Shown: positions 30,642-46,309, numbered from the stretch's first letter. The stretch: DNA of 64,000 nt from the human T2T-CHM13v2.0 reference genome, Homo sapiens (GCF_009914755.1 NC_060937.1); one strand, 5' to 3'. The notes: generated by a model from the letters alone, not told the origin. Translations and numbers: made by a program.

Positions 30642-32696
30642 GTAAGACCCCAGCCCTCCCATAAACGAGTGGGGTCCTCACTGGTCCTGCCAAGAGAATG
30701 AGCACTGTCTTCTTGTGGAGCTCTCAAAGTCTGTTCCATGGAACCCCTTAAGAGGTGCAGGGGTTCCCAAACCAGAACATGTATTTCACCTAATAAGGAG
30801 ACACAAACAGCCTGAGACATCGGCTCATCCTCTGTACCTGTTGTATATATTAAGGATCTAGGGAAGGTCTCATCGGGAAAAAAGAAAAAGAAAGAAATTC
30901 CCCCTACAAAAGTTCAGAATCACTGCTCTGATGTGGAGAGGAGAAATGGTTTTATGAAAGTGCAGGGTGTGGGTTGGAAAGGCAGGTGGCTCCGTCAAGG
31001 AAACCTGGGGTAGATGGGCTGGAGCAGAGGAGCGGGGAGGGGAGGCTCGGCTGCATGCCCACCACACAGGCCAAGGCAGGTGGCAGAGGTGGCCCAGAAG
31101 GCAGGCAGGGCACAGCATCCATGGGCATTGCCCACCACTGCCCAGGCCGCTCTCCCACACTCAGTACAGCCAGTTCCCAGACTCCTACACTTCACGGTCC
31201 AGGGAAACTGTCAGTGCTGGTTGGAGGAATCAATGTACTTTCCCCCCTTTTTGTTTTGTCCAGAAAAACAGCTTTTTAAGGAAGTGTTGTATGTCACCAA
31301 AGGACACCGTAACTGTAAAGTGGGAAAGACGCAGTTGCTTAATAAGGAGTTGTCTCCATGGAAACTCTCAATCTTACTATAGTTCTCTGGTTTGCCACAG
31401 TCAGGCAACAGCTTTGTCCAGGACCTTAGCAGATCTTGGTAGGGAACTGCCACTCCACTTGAAGATACACACTGGCTTCCCCCATGTGGGGCCTCGCCTG
31501 TGTCCAAGAGCTGGGGGCTGGACTCAGGTAGGGCCCGCTCCCCTATTGCCGCACTAGCCACTGGCTTCCTGGGGTAGCAAACCTGGACCGGAGGTTCAGG
31601 CTCCTATCTCAGTATCGACAGGGCCGTGCTGGTTCTCAACTACTGAGAATCAGCTGAACACAGCGTCGTGTGGTGCTTACGAGACCCATGGGAAAGCCTG
31701 TCCTGAACTAAAGCCTACACTTTAGGTGGGGAGAGAGACACACACATTAAAAGGCTCCCACTTGGCCTGGGCAAGCCAGCAGAGTGACAAGGCCACGCGG
31801 TCCCCGGTGACCCAGAGGAGGCGGGGACAGGCAGGTCAGAGCAAGCCCAAGGGGAGAAGTGCCTGGTGCCAGCGGGGAGAAGGCTGGGACTGGAATGTGG
31901 GGTGCTCTCTAGGAAAGGGGGACCACCCCAGCAGAGGCAGAATTGCCCAGGGAACACTTTGGAGCCTGTGATCCCCAAACCGGCTGGGGAAGAGAGCCTG
32001 ATTTGAGGGGGCTGGGGGTTTAGATAAGAAGATTGAGCCAAAGGTTGGGAGCAGTGAATGCTGGAGCTAAGGAGTTGGAGCCCCGAGGCAGAGGGGGCCT
32101 TTGGGAGTTTTTAACAGAGAAATGCATTAAGAAGGGATTTTAGGGACCCAGCAGGCAGCCCTTGGACGGCTTGGAGTCGGGGGAGGCGGGAGGACAGCTG
32201 TGGGCGGGAGCTGCCAAGCTCACGACAGTAGCAGTGATGAGATGGGAGCACGGAGACCAGAGAGGGCAGCAGCAGCAAATGGGCAGCTGGAGGGTCCCCC
32301 GGGACTAACTCCGGGCTGGAGCCAGTGATGTTCGCGAGGAACAGGCCAGCTCTTGACTAACCCCAGTGACCATGCCCCAGCCAGAGCTGGCAAGGCCCCC
32401 ACTCACATCAGCATCCACACAGCTTTGTCCCTTGGCTTCTGAAGACTGCAGTGGGAAAGCCATGCTGGCTGGCACCCCGCCAGCACAGCCTCAACCTCCA
32501 GATACAGACCTCTCCAGAAAGGCCAGCCCCAGGGTCCCGCTCCGGCCACACTTTGGAAACTCACCCCAACATGGTGGTTTTCCACTTTCCTTCTAAGGAG
32601 CTTTTCTTACTGAACACTCAATGCCGTAAAAGCAGAAGAGAAATTTCCCCTGTGTGTGTTTGTCCACCCTGTTTGATTTGCTCCTCTTCCTGACAG

Positions 32697-32867
32697 GTCT
32701 GCCTGGTGATAGAGGGGACCCTGGGGACACAGGCGCTCCTGGCCCTGTGGGCATGAAAGGTCTCTCTGGTGACAGAGGAGATGCTGGCTTCACAGGGGAG
32801 CAAGGCCATCCAGGAAGCCCTGGATTTAAAGGAATTGATGGAATGCCTGGGACCCCCGGGCTAAAAG
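32697..32867 (+). CDS. COL4A2: COL4A2 exon 31 (171 nt)
   Basis: cctgacag|GTCTG...CTAAAAG|gtaatt; [16 protein letters not shown]...GTPGLK. Confidence 0.96.
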
Positions 32868-33322
32868 GTAATTGTGTGACTGTGACCAGGGATCCCTTGG
32901 CGGGGAGGTTGGGTCTAATCAACTCTGACCTGAGACAGCTCTGCTGGGCGCCTCTGTGGGCCGTGGGGCTGGCCTCACACTTCTGCAGATTGGAGGCCTT
33001 GGGACTCTCCTGACCTAGGAGACAGCAGCCTCAGGACAGCTGGTTAATGCTGCTTAGACGCGGGTGGGACCAATGTACCTCACAAAGCCAGTTTATGAAT
33101 TTACCAAGACAAACTGCTCCTGCCTGGGAAACATCGTCTTATTGTAAATATCACCATCTGCACAGGGAAATTTGTGGAGAGGTCCACTCAGGGGCCTAGA
33201 TTCAGATCCAGAGGTTATTTGGTGAATTTGAAACCAAAGCAAAGCAAAGTGGTTGGTTACAGGGATAGGTTTATTTCAGCACAAGCAGGCCAATCTAGAA
33301 GCAGAGCCCTCCAGCCCATGAA

Positions 33323-34745
33323 CGTTGCTGGAGACACACTGTTCTTCCATTGCTGGAGACACACAGTTCTGTCCTTCCATTGCTGGAGACACACTGTTCT
33401 GTCCTTCCATTGCTGGAGACACACTGTTCTGTCCCTCCGTTGCTGGAGACACACTGCTCTGTCCTTCCGTTGCTGGAGACACACTGTTCTGTCCTTCCGT
33501 TGCTGGAGACACACTGCTCTGTCCCTCCGTTGCTGGAGACACACTGCTCTGTCCCTCCATTGCTGGAGACACACTGTTCTGTCCCTCCATTGCTGGAGAC
33601 ACACTGTTCTGTCCCTCCGTTGCTGGAGACACACTGCTCTGTCCCTCCGTTGCTGGAGACACACTGCTCTGTCCCTCCGTTGCTGGAGACACACTGCTCT
33701 GTCCCTCCGTTGCTGGAGACACACTGCTCTGTCCCTCCGTTGCTGGAGACACACTGCTCTGTCCCTCCGTTGCTGGAGACACACTGCTCTGTCCCTCCGT
33801 TGCTGGAGACACACTGTTCTGTCCCTCCGTTGCTGGAGACACACTGTTCTGTCCCTCCGTTGCTGGAGACACACTGTTCTGTCCCTCCGTTGCTGGAGAC
33901 ACACTGTTCTGTCCCTCCGTTGCTGGAGACACACTGTTCTGTCCCTCCGTTGCTGGAGACACACTGCTCTGTCCCTCCGTTGCTGGAGACACACTGCTCT
34001 GTCCCTCCGTTGCTGGAGACACACTGCTCTGTCCCTCCGTTGCTGGAGACACACTGCTCTGTCCCTCCGTTGCTGGAGACACACTGTTCTGTCCCTCCGT
34101 TGCTGGAGACACACTGTTCTGTCCCTCCGTTGCTGGAGACACACTGCTCTGTCCCTCCGTTGCTGGAGACACACTGTTCTGTCCCTCCGTTGCTGGAGAC
34201 ACACTGTTCTGTCCCTCCGTTGCTGGAGACACACAGTTCTGTCCCTCCGTTGCTGGAGACACACAGTTCTGTCCCTCCGTTGCTGGAGACACACTGTTCT
34301 GTCCCTCCGTGCTGGAGACACACAGTTCTGTCCCTCCGTTGCTGGAGACACACTGTTCTGTCCCTCCGTTGCTGGAGACACACTGTTCTGTCCCTCCGTT
34401 GCTGGAGACACACTGTTCTGTCCCTCTGTGCTGGAGACACACTGTTCTGTCCCTCCGTTGCTGGAGACACACTGTTCTGTCCCTCCGTTGCTGGAGACAC
34501 ACTGTTCTGTCCTTCCGTTGCTGGAGACACACAGTTCTGTCCCTCCGTTGCTGGAGACACACTGTTCTGTCCCTCCGTGCTGGAGACACACTGTTCTGTC
34601 CTTCCGTTGCTGGAGACACATTGGTCGGTCCTTCCATTGCTGGAGACACATGGGTTGGTCTTTCCATTACTAGAGACATATGAGTCTGTCTTTCTGTTGC
34701 TGGAGACACCTTGACCTCTCCTTCCGGTGCTGGCGACATTGGTCT
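33323..34745. repeat. 30-bp minisatellite (VNTR), ~47 units, intron 31
   Basis: unit TGCTGGAGACACACTG(T/C)TCTGTCCCTCCGT; three 29-bp variants near the 3' end; degenerate edges. Confidence 0.98.
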
Positions 34746-35115
34746 GACTTTCTGCGGTCCTGTGTCGCATCTCCATGCCAGGTGCAGTGTTACTGCTGCC
34801 TTCCTTTCCAGCGTGCTCCTCTGCCTTTGTCTTGATGGGCCTGTGGGCCAGTGAACCTGCATCATCTTCAGATTTCCCTCCTAGCCTTCCTGCCTGATCT
34901 TTGTGTGTTTCCTTGTTGCCAATGTCCGGTCTGAAGACAGGCTGATTCTGGAATGCTGTCTGTTAACAGCAGAGGTCAACAGAGAGAAGTTGCTTAGAAG
35001 ATGGTGTCCCCGGAAATCCCTATTTTAGGTTCAGAATCTTCTCACTTGAGTTACATTGCCGAAATGTTACGGAGACGTGAGACTGAAATGTCCCATGCAT
35101 TTTATTCATGTCTAA

Positions 35116-35301
<186 letters not shown>

Positions 35302-35869
35302 TAACATCCTCCTTACCTGGTCATGGTGGCATCCTCCTTACCCTTTCTTGGTGGCATAACATTGCCCAGAATGAATTTTTGAAAACCCATGCATCCAGGA
35401 ACCCTAAAGCTAGACAAAACAAACAAAATGAGCTAACAAAAACTCAAAGGCTTTATCCCTGCCTCAACACACTGACCATGTGATAAGGGAATAATCCTAA
35501 CCAAAGGAAACTCTTGAGAACCAAAATGATTCCATCGCTAAGAACCAAATATGTCATGAAACATATTCCACCATGATTATACCGTGGTAAACATGAAGAG
35601 GGGGCGGTGAAAAGCAGGGGACAGGTGAGTTCCCAGAGAAGGGAGTACCACCAGGCACAGGAGGACACAGCTTTCCAGGTGGAAGGACATAACACGGTGC
35701 CAGAGAGAACGTGGTCCACACATGAGGTGGGTTCAAACCCTCACGCGGACAGGCATCTCAAGACCCCCCACGTAAGGCCCCTCGTTCATTGAGTTTATTA
35801 CTAACAAGTCACATTTTCATGACTTCTGTTCAGATGCTTTTGTTCTGAAATAATCACAGTGGTCTCTAA

Positions 35870-36570
35870 AAACGTAATGACTAAGAGTGTGTGTTGGTGA
35901 GGAGGTGGAGAAATGGGAACCTTCACAGGCTGCCAGCAGGAGTGTAAAACGCTGCGGCCAGTGTGCCAAACAGTTTGGCAGTTCATTAAGAAACTAAGCA
36001 TAGAGTTACCCAGAAGTTCTACTCCTAGATGAAGATCATTGAAAACATAGGTACAGACAAAAATGTGGACACAAATCTCATGGCAGCATCCTTTATAGCA
36101 GCCGTAATTGGAAACAGCCTGAAAATGCATCGACTGATGAATGGATGAGTAAAATATGGCAGAGCTGTGCAAGGGCACATTCAGTGCTGAGGAAGGATGG
36201 GGCTCTCAGACATGGCGCGTGGGTGAGCCTTGAGAACACTATGCCACGTGTCGTCTGACTGCATGTATATGAGATGTCCCCAGTAAGCAAGTTTACAGAA
36301 ATGAAAAGTGGATTCGCAGTTTCCTACACTTGATCTTAGCCAAAAGGCCGAGAAGCGATGGATTCGCAGTTTCCTAAAGCTGAAGGGTTAGGGGAGAATT
36401 AGGGCATGGCTGCCAGCGGCTCCAGGGTTTCATTTTCTGGGATAAAGTGTTCTCAAGTTAGACGGTGCTGCTTGCTCACAGCTCTGTGAGTACACTAAAG
36501 TTATGTAATTGTTCTGTTTACTGGAGCGAGTTGTAGGGTATATAAATTATACATCAATAAGCTGTTTTGG
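35870..36570 (+). mobile_element. old L1 (L1M) 3' fragment hosting the U2 insertion
   Basis: gttggtgaggaggtggagaaatgggaacctt...cagtttggcagttc...tataaattatacatcaataa. Confidence 0.75.
36324..36359 (-). pseudogene. 3'-truncated, tailless U2 snRNA retropseudogene (U2 nt 1-36)
   Basis: reverse complement ATCGCTTCTCGGCCTTTTGGCTAAGATCAAGTGTAG equals the U2 5' end; perfect 17-bp TSD ggattcgcagtttccta at 36310-36326 and 36360-36376. Confidence 0.95.
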
Positions 36571-37257
36571 AAAACCTTAATTACTCTTCAGACTTACAGC
36601 TTTTACAAATTTTCAGCAAAATAAAAATTGCAATCTAGGGTGCTCATTTTTTTTAAGATTTTTACTCACACTTGTGCTTTCAAATAGTCTTCCTGTTAGC
36701 AGAGATTTCAGGCTATTTCAGGCAAAAAAAAAAATGACATTTTAAGATTAAGTAATTTTCAGCTCCATGGTAATTATTTCCTCGAGCCTCCTTAGGGTGA
36801 AGTTAACCATGGGGGTGTCTGTCCCTCCACTGGTGGGCACGCTCTGTGGGGTCAGGACCAATTTATGATTTTGATCCCATCAGCCTCTAGCCTAGTACTG
36901 AATACACAGTAAATGCTTAGAGACTGAAGCTCAATTATTTTCACTGAGCCAGATTTCACTTACTCCTCCAGTGAGCATGGATTCCGGGGCATCCCCAGCC
37001 TGAACTAGCACAGTTTCCCGCCCGGCCCGCAGCTCTGGGCCCCTCCCCTCCTGCAATTTCTCAGCTCCTCAGAACCCCCCGGAGACCTCCCTTCCATGCT
37101 TCTCCTCCCTGTGAAGGTGCCTACAGGAGGGCACGGAGCTGGCGCCTGCCTCACGGGCCTTCCTGCTTGTGACCGAGGTCCATCATGGTCTCATCAGAGC
37201 ACACACAACAAAATGACCTTCTCACAAAGCATCCTATGGGAGTCACACTGGCTTTGA

Positions 37258-37800
<543 letters not shown>

Positions 37801-37868
37801 TAGCTGGCGCAGGGTTGTTCTCTGATGCCTGAGTAACCTCGGTTTCCCATCTTAAGATTTGCAGCACT

Positions 37869-38552
<684 letters not shown>

Positions 38553-39220
38553 TGAGAGTGTCAGTGGCAGGTTCAGGGCAGCCTCAGGCTTGGTGGGGTC
38601 CACACAGCCCTGGAAGGAGCTGCTGCACTTGGACACCATGCAGATGTGATGTGAGTCCAACCGGCTGCCGTGGCCCTTCTGTGGGCTTGTGCTGGGTGAA
38701 GCATGTTGTCTGCATTTTTCATGGTGGCCTTGAGAGAACAAAACTTGAATTTTCAGGGATCAGAGCTCTAAAATTGAGCACATCAGTGACACCAGGCCTG
38801 AGAGCCCATGGCCGAATCACAGCGTAGACCTGGGCCCGGCAGCCTGGCTTCCCATCCGGGCCACCGTTCACTCAGCCTTTGTTCAGCGGATGTCTGTTGA
38901 GCACTTGACATGGGCCAGACACGCTGTTGTGATGGTAACAATGGTGAGCCCTGACCCTGGGCAGGGCTCTCTTCTCCACACCTTCTCCCTCAGCTGCAGA
39001 ATGAAGGTAGTAGCTACCTTGCAGTTTTCTTGAGTGCTGTATAGACAGTGTGTATAACATAGCACAGCGTGGCTCCCCATAGATTCCGTTTCCTAGAATT
39101 CCATTTCTAGCCTCGTTCATATGAAGATAGTGTATTCTCACAGTCCCTAGCACACGGCTGGCCTTCCCAGGGGGATGGGCACATTTGGAGCAGATCAGAA
39201 GGTCTGGGCCCCTTGATGTG

Positions 39221-39624
39221 TTTCAGTCGCGTCCGTGTGAAAAGACCACCAAACAGGCTTTGTGTGAGCAATCAAGCTGTTAATTTCACCTGGGTGCAGG
39301 CAGGCTGAGTCTGAAAAGAGAGTCAGCGAAGGGAGATAGGGGTGGGGCCGTTTTATAGGATTTGGGTAGGTAAAGGAAAAAGGGGGGTTGTTCTCTGGCG
39401 GGCAGGAGTGGGGGTCACAAGGTGCTCAGTAGGGGAGCTTTTGAGCCAGGCTGAGCCAGGAGAAGGAATTTCACAAGATAATGTCATCAGTTAAGGCAGG
39501 AACAGGCCATTTTCACTTCTTTTGTGGTGGAATGTCATCAGTTAAGGCAGAAACCGGCCATCTGGATGTGTACGTGCAGGTCACAGGGGATATGATTGCT
39601 TAGCTTGGGCTCAGAGGCCTGACA
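39221..39624 (-). mobile_element. HERV-H solo LTR (LTR7 family)
   Basis: reverse complement starts TGTCAGGCCTCTGAGCCCAAGCTAAGC, has the duplicated CCTTAACTGATGACATT U3 repeats and CCTATAAAA, ends ...ACACGGACGCGACTGAAA; flanks atgtg/gtgtg. Confidence 0.9.
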
Positions 39625-39795
39625 GTGTGAACCCTTAGTAGCAGGCCAGGGCCTGCCTGTGTGTCTGTCTGGCCCACCTTGGTGTACAGAATTCTTCAGG
39701 GGTCTTCCTCCCCTCACTCCCAAAATCTGCAGCTGAGAGTATCTTCTAGCCAGTCTGTGTGTGCTATTCAGGTCACTTTAAAAAAGAAAGATGCC

Positions 39796-40146
<351 letters not shown>

Positions 40147-40644
40147 TTATTCATAACAGCTCGAAACTAGGAAACAGCCCAAATGTCCATCAACAGGGAA
40201 AAGAATAAATGAACGTGGTATATTCTAACCAGACACAGCATTATCTGTGCATTTTATCTCCATACACAGCAATAAATGAGAATTCTTGGTAAAATCCAAC
40301 AACCTAACTTCATTTCCAAACTTTATGTTGAACAAAATAAACCAGAAACAGAAAAGTACACGATTCAGTTTCATCGATGTGAAGTTCAAGAACTGACAAG
40401 GCTGTTAGATGGGGTATCGGGAGCACAGCTGCTTTAGGTGGGGTTGTCATAGAGTGCTGACAGTGTTCTGTGTCTTTCAGTGACACACGAGTTCAGATGC
40501 ATTGAGCTGTGCGTTTAAGATGAGTGGACATTACTGTATTTAAGTTTTGCTTCAGAAAAGTAAGCTTTGAGAAAGAAAAATAGAGCATTACCTAAACAAA
40601 GGTGCAGCCTGTGGATACCCTCCCCCTTCCTCCCACAAAGGAGC

Positions 40645-41089
<445 letters not shown>

Positions 41090-41573
41090 TAGGGCTTCCA
41101 GGAAGCCACCGAGCAACTCAGGCATCTTCTCAATTTCCTTACCAGCCACCTGTGTCTTTCTGGAGAAGTCTCCCTCTGTGCACAGATGGAGGCGCACAGC
41201 CCCATATCTGTGTTATAATCTGCAGAGAGCAAGCTCTGCAGTCTGGCTGCCCAAACTGAAATCCCGGTTCTGCCACTTGCTGGCTGAGTGACCTTAAGCA
41301 AAACCTTTCTGTGCTTCAGTTCCTTTGCCTGTCATTGGGAAGTAACGGTGCCTGCCTGGCAGGGTTTTCATGAGGCGTGAATACACTCTTGAGACGGGGT
41401 CCACCATGTGCACGCGGGAAAGCATGGTGGAGCGAGGATGTGGTCAGAGTCACCGCCGCCGCTGACATCACCACACTGTCGTGATGGAGACCTGGGCCAC
41501 TGATGCTCTTCATTATGATGCAGTTGCCAAGCTTGTTTCATTGTATCACTTCACAGTTCCATAAGAACAGCAA

Positions 41574-41889
41574 GGCCAGGTGCAGTGGCTCACGCCTGTA
41601 ATCCCAGCACTTTGGGAAGCGGAGGAGAGAGAATCACTTGAACCCAGGAGTTCAAGACCAGCCTGGGCAACAGAGCAAGAGCCCATCTCTACTAAAAATT
41701 TAAAAACTATTAGCAGCCAGGCTTAGTGGCTCACACCTGTAATCCCAGCTGCACAGGAGGCTGAGACGGAAGGATGACTTGAGCCCAGGAAATCAAGGCA
41801 ACATTGAGCTATGATTGCGCTTCTGCACTCCAGCCTGGGTGACAGACTGCGATCCTGTCTCAAAGAAATAAATAAATAAATAAACAAAA
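41574..41889 (+). mobile_element. Alu (AluJ-like) with (AATA)n tail
   Basis: full Alu; aagaacagc on both flanks. Confidence 0.9.
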
Positions 41890-42070
41890 AGAACAGCTAA
41901 GCAAACCGCCTATGATACACACTAAAAAACACGAGTTTTCCACAAAATGACAAGATCACAAACCTTGAGTATTGTCGTTAGCATACTGGATAGTTAAATA
42001 AGTGAGCTAACTTCAGAGTTACAACTGACTTCGCTAACAGCCTTCTAAGATGGTTCATGTCTGTCTTTAG

Positions 42071-42193
<123 letters not shown>

Positions 42194-42336
42194 TGAGCCA
42201 ATTTCAGACCTGCAAGTGCTGTTAGGTATTTTAAAACAAATTATTCTTGTTAGGAATATAACAAAATAGAAGTTGCAAAACTCACAACGTCCCAATGGAA
42301 AGTCCTGTTCTTAGCCGTCTTTTTTGCATGTAACAG

Positions 42337-42411
42337 GTGACATCGGGGACACTATAAATTTACCAGGAAGACCAGGCCTGAAGGGGGAGCGGGGCACCAC
42401 TGGAATACCAG
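42337..42411 (+). CDS. COL4A2: COL4A2 exon 36 (75 nt)
   Basis: gtaacag|GTGAC...ATACCAG|gtacgc; [25 protein letters not shown]. Confidence 0.95.
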
Positions 42412-43788
42412 GTACGCAAGTTATTTTCCTTGTCTTCATCTTCAACAACAGCCCTGAGCCTTTGTCTAGGAGCCCGACTTGCCAAACAGATCAAATTCAG
42501 TAACATCCAGAAAGCACTTGATAGTGAATGAGGTCTTCAAGTCCAATGTGCAAGAAAGACCGTCGTTTTTAATTAAGTTAAATCTGAAGATAAAATCAGG
42601 AAGTCTTTCTCTCTCTCTGTCTCTCTCTTTGATACTGAAAAAAGCCAGAATGGACCCTCGGTGGATGAGAATCACTGCAGTCCATAAAGTGTAACTGATG
42701 AAAAGCCAGCTAGCACCCTGACTCCCGGAACACCTGAGGGCGTGCAGCAGGTGGTCGCTGACCCGAGCTTCTCAGAAACAGCGAAGGGTCCAGGAAAGGG
42801 GGAGTGGGAGTCAGGCCATCGCTTGAGAGAGATATGGAGGCAGCTGACCAGCCCGAGCGAGTTGTGGGGGCCTGGGGCGGCACAGTGCCTCCCTTCCCTT
42901 CTGCACATCACTGAGGTTCCACTCCTAAATTCCTGCCTGCAGTGACGTCTCAAGGGGACTGTGATAGTTTTCTTCTTTCTGGGGATTTTCTTTTGGGGGG
43001 ACCCCACACTGCTCAAGTTGCTGGAGCCCCAGGGGCTTGCAGGGCTGGCCCTGGTGGGAGGGAAGGAGTCTGTCCAGGGTTGGCCAGTGGGGAGACTGCT
43101 GGGCCAGTTCTTTATCTAGAAATTGCTCTGGAATGGAAAGACGTGTTCAGTTGAGCACAGGATCAGAGAACCGCCGCTGGGAAATAGGCGCCTCTGTTTA
43201 CCAGCCCTCCCGGGCTCCTTTGTTATCTGTGACCTGGGCTCCCGGTGGCTTCCTCCTGAGTGACGGGAGCTCTGTACTGCTGAGCCATCCGGCGCTGGGC
43301 TGGCTGTGTCTGCCACCCTAGGCCATTAGTCCGGCCATTTGGTTTATAAACACAGAAACGTGGACCATCATTACCACGCATCTCTAATGATGCCTTCACT
43401 TGTTCAACTGAAAATGTGTCAGGGAAGAGACGCTACCCCCACCCAAGAATTATTTTTGCTGTTACCTTTGAACATTTTGGTTTTTGTTAAACTCTGGGCC
43501 CAGAAAGGCTTTGGAGTGGAGCCTCCCCTGCATCCATCACCAGAAGACGGTATTTCGGAGCTGTGGTCCCACAATGGAAGGGTGGGGCCAGCTGTACCCA
43601 TCATCCCTGGGGGTGTCCTGTTTTCCCTAAGACAGTGAGGGGTGCATGGGTACATGGGTGCTGCCTTGGAAGCTGGCTAGTGCAGGCTCAGAGGGAGGAA
43701 GTAGGTTAAAAATCAGCTAAGGAAGGAGCACGGTTGGATGCCTCTCTCCATTCCTGAAGGAGCAGCAGTGTGGTTCTGCACATCCTAG

Positions 43789-44160
<372 letters not shown>

Positions 44161-44547
44161 TGAGAATTGGAGAGAAGCATGGGGGTGAATGAGAAGTGCC
44201 TCTTCGGTTGAGCCTCTGTCTCTCATATAGAAGCCGACGGTTTGTAAGGGATCCCTTTGCTTGCGTTGAATATGCAGAAACCCCTATGAACATCCTAGGT
44301 TAGAGAAGGAGAGCGGACAGTGGGCTGGCTTCCCACGCTGTTGCTGCTGCTGCTTTCTGTGTTTACTCAGCACCCGGGAACGCCAAGAGGCTCATCTCTC
44401 CAGGCACTGCCTCAGGGTCCTCTCCAGACGTCTATTTGGATAATAGGGCGACAATTAAAACTACACGCTATTTTCTCTCTGGCAAGGCTGAGCAAATCCT
44501 ATTGAATTTGTATGTGGGGTCTAAGACCACCTGCATCCCCAGCTTGA

Positions 44548-44814
<267 letters not shown>

Positions 44815-45650
44815 TAAAACACGTGGTCACCCAGACCCAGAGTTGTGGGCTGTGCAGGAGGCACCGCTGAGCAGGCCAGCCTCTCTCAGGGCGACTTCTA
44901 AGGCCCATACGAGAGCAAAGGCAGGTCTGCTGTGGCTTACGGTGGTCTGCACCAACATAGCAGCACAGGGTATACTGGCGCCCCAGGCAACTGGGAATCA
45001 AGCCAGATGCACAAATCTGCCCAGGGCTTCACCTCCCAGAAGGATGAATGAAAGCCTCCCAGAGAGGCTTCAGGGTCCACTTGTCATTGCCACACAGGGA
45101 CGCACAGCAAGATCAGGGTGCAGGAGCAGCCTCAGTGTACCACTGTGCTGCACGGGCCACCCCCGGGGCCTCCTTACAGCCCCGAGACGGGCCACCCTGC
45201 CATGCTCACTGCCCATGTAACAGAAGGAATTGCCACCTGTTTGCTGTGTCCTGCTTTAGAAATATTTACCCTCAGAAATCCAGAGGGAATGGAAATGACA
45301 CCGGGCTATTTGTTCCAAGCAGCTTTTACAAACCAAACATACAGCAGTGGCCAGGCGTCAAGAAGAGGCATGGGACATGTCACTCCCCAGGCCCCTTCTG
45401 GCCTAGTGAGTCTGTTAAAAAGATTCTATGAAGACAGTGTTCCAGTTCAATGGTGTTCCTAGGTAACATAAGAGTGCTTAGTTTACATGTCGTGTAAGTT
45501 GAGCGTGTGGCTTAGCTGCTTCCTATTTGTGGGGCTTTAGCAGGATTGTATGGGTGACAGTATCAGGTGACAGTTTCAGAGCCAACAAAACACATCTGAG
45601 TTATCTTGAGGGTTTCTCCCACCCAGAACCCCCTGTGCTGTCCCACACAT

Positions 45651-45808
45651 GAAATAACAATGAGTGACACCCCCACAGGTGAAATAACGATGAGTGACAC
45701 CCCCATGGGTGAAATAACGATGAGTGACACCCCCGCAGGTGAAATAAATAACGATGAGTGACACCCCCGCAGGTGAAATAAATAACGATGAGTGACACCC
45801 CCGCAGGT
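45651..45808. repeat. 5-unit (30,30,30,34,34 bp) tandem repeat ending in the exon 39 acceptor
   Basis: unit GAAATAA(ATAA)CGATGAGTGACACCCCCGCAGGT. Confidence 0.97.
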
Positions 45809-45878
45809 TTTCCGGGACTCCGTGGGATCCGCGGCTTACACGGCTTGCCAGGCACCAAGGGCTTTCCAGGATCCCCAG
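45807..45878 (+). CDS. COL4A2: COL4A2 exon 39 (72 nt)
   Basis: cccccgcag|GTTTT...TCCCCAG|gtattc; [24 protein letters not shown]. Confidence 0.95.
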
Positions 45879-46309
45879 GTATTCTGTGCCATCCCAGCCC
45901 CGAGTCCCACGCAGAGGTGTCGAGGGTGGGGACTCTGTGCTGAGTCTGCCCTCCAGACTTCAGGGAATGGAGGGTCTCAGAGAGCAGGGTGGGCTTCCTG
46001 AAGTGCTATGCGATCGGCCGTGAGGGGCGGGTCCGGGCCCTGTGGTCCTGTACGCTGCTAAGATGTGATCCCTAAGAATCGGTTTCTCAAGCCAGTTGCT
46101 GGGTTGAATGGACTCATCAGGCTTTTAGACGGAGAGAGAAATAGAGTCCTTGCTTTTTCAGCAGCACCGTTGGGAGGGTGGGATGCACCTGCGCCCCTCA
46201 GGTGTCTGGAGTATTCACTCTGCCCATTGCCTGTCTGTGATCTTTCATTTTGTTGGCATAAGGAAGCCAGCGGTCTCCACCTGCCCCTGGGCAGTTCTGA
46301 TGCTGGAGA

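Noticed and set aside
33174-34865. Six ORFs of 452-529 aa
   Set aside because: They are translations of a stop-free 30-bp minisatellite in all frames, with no splice context or protein-like complexity.
35305-35357. Short duplication (CATCCTCCTTACC x2) containing U1-like CTTACCTGG just after the exon 32 donor
   Set aside because: Only ~5 bp could pair with the donor, and a 9-mer match is plausible by chance in 64 kb.
39480-39560. Direct repeat AATGTCATCAGTTAAGGCAG
   Set aside because: Normal U3 repeat of HERV-H LTRs.
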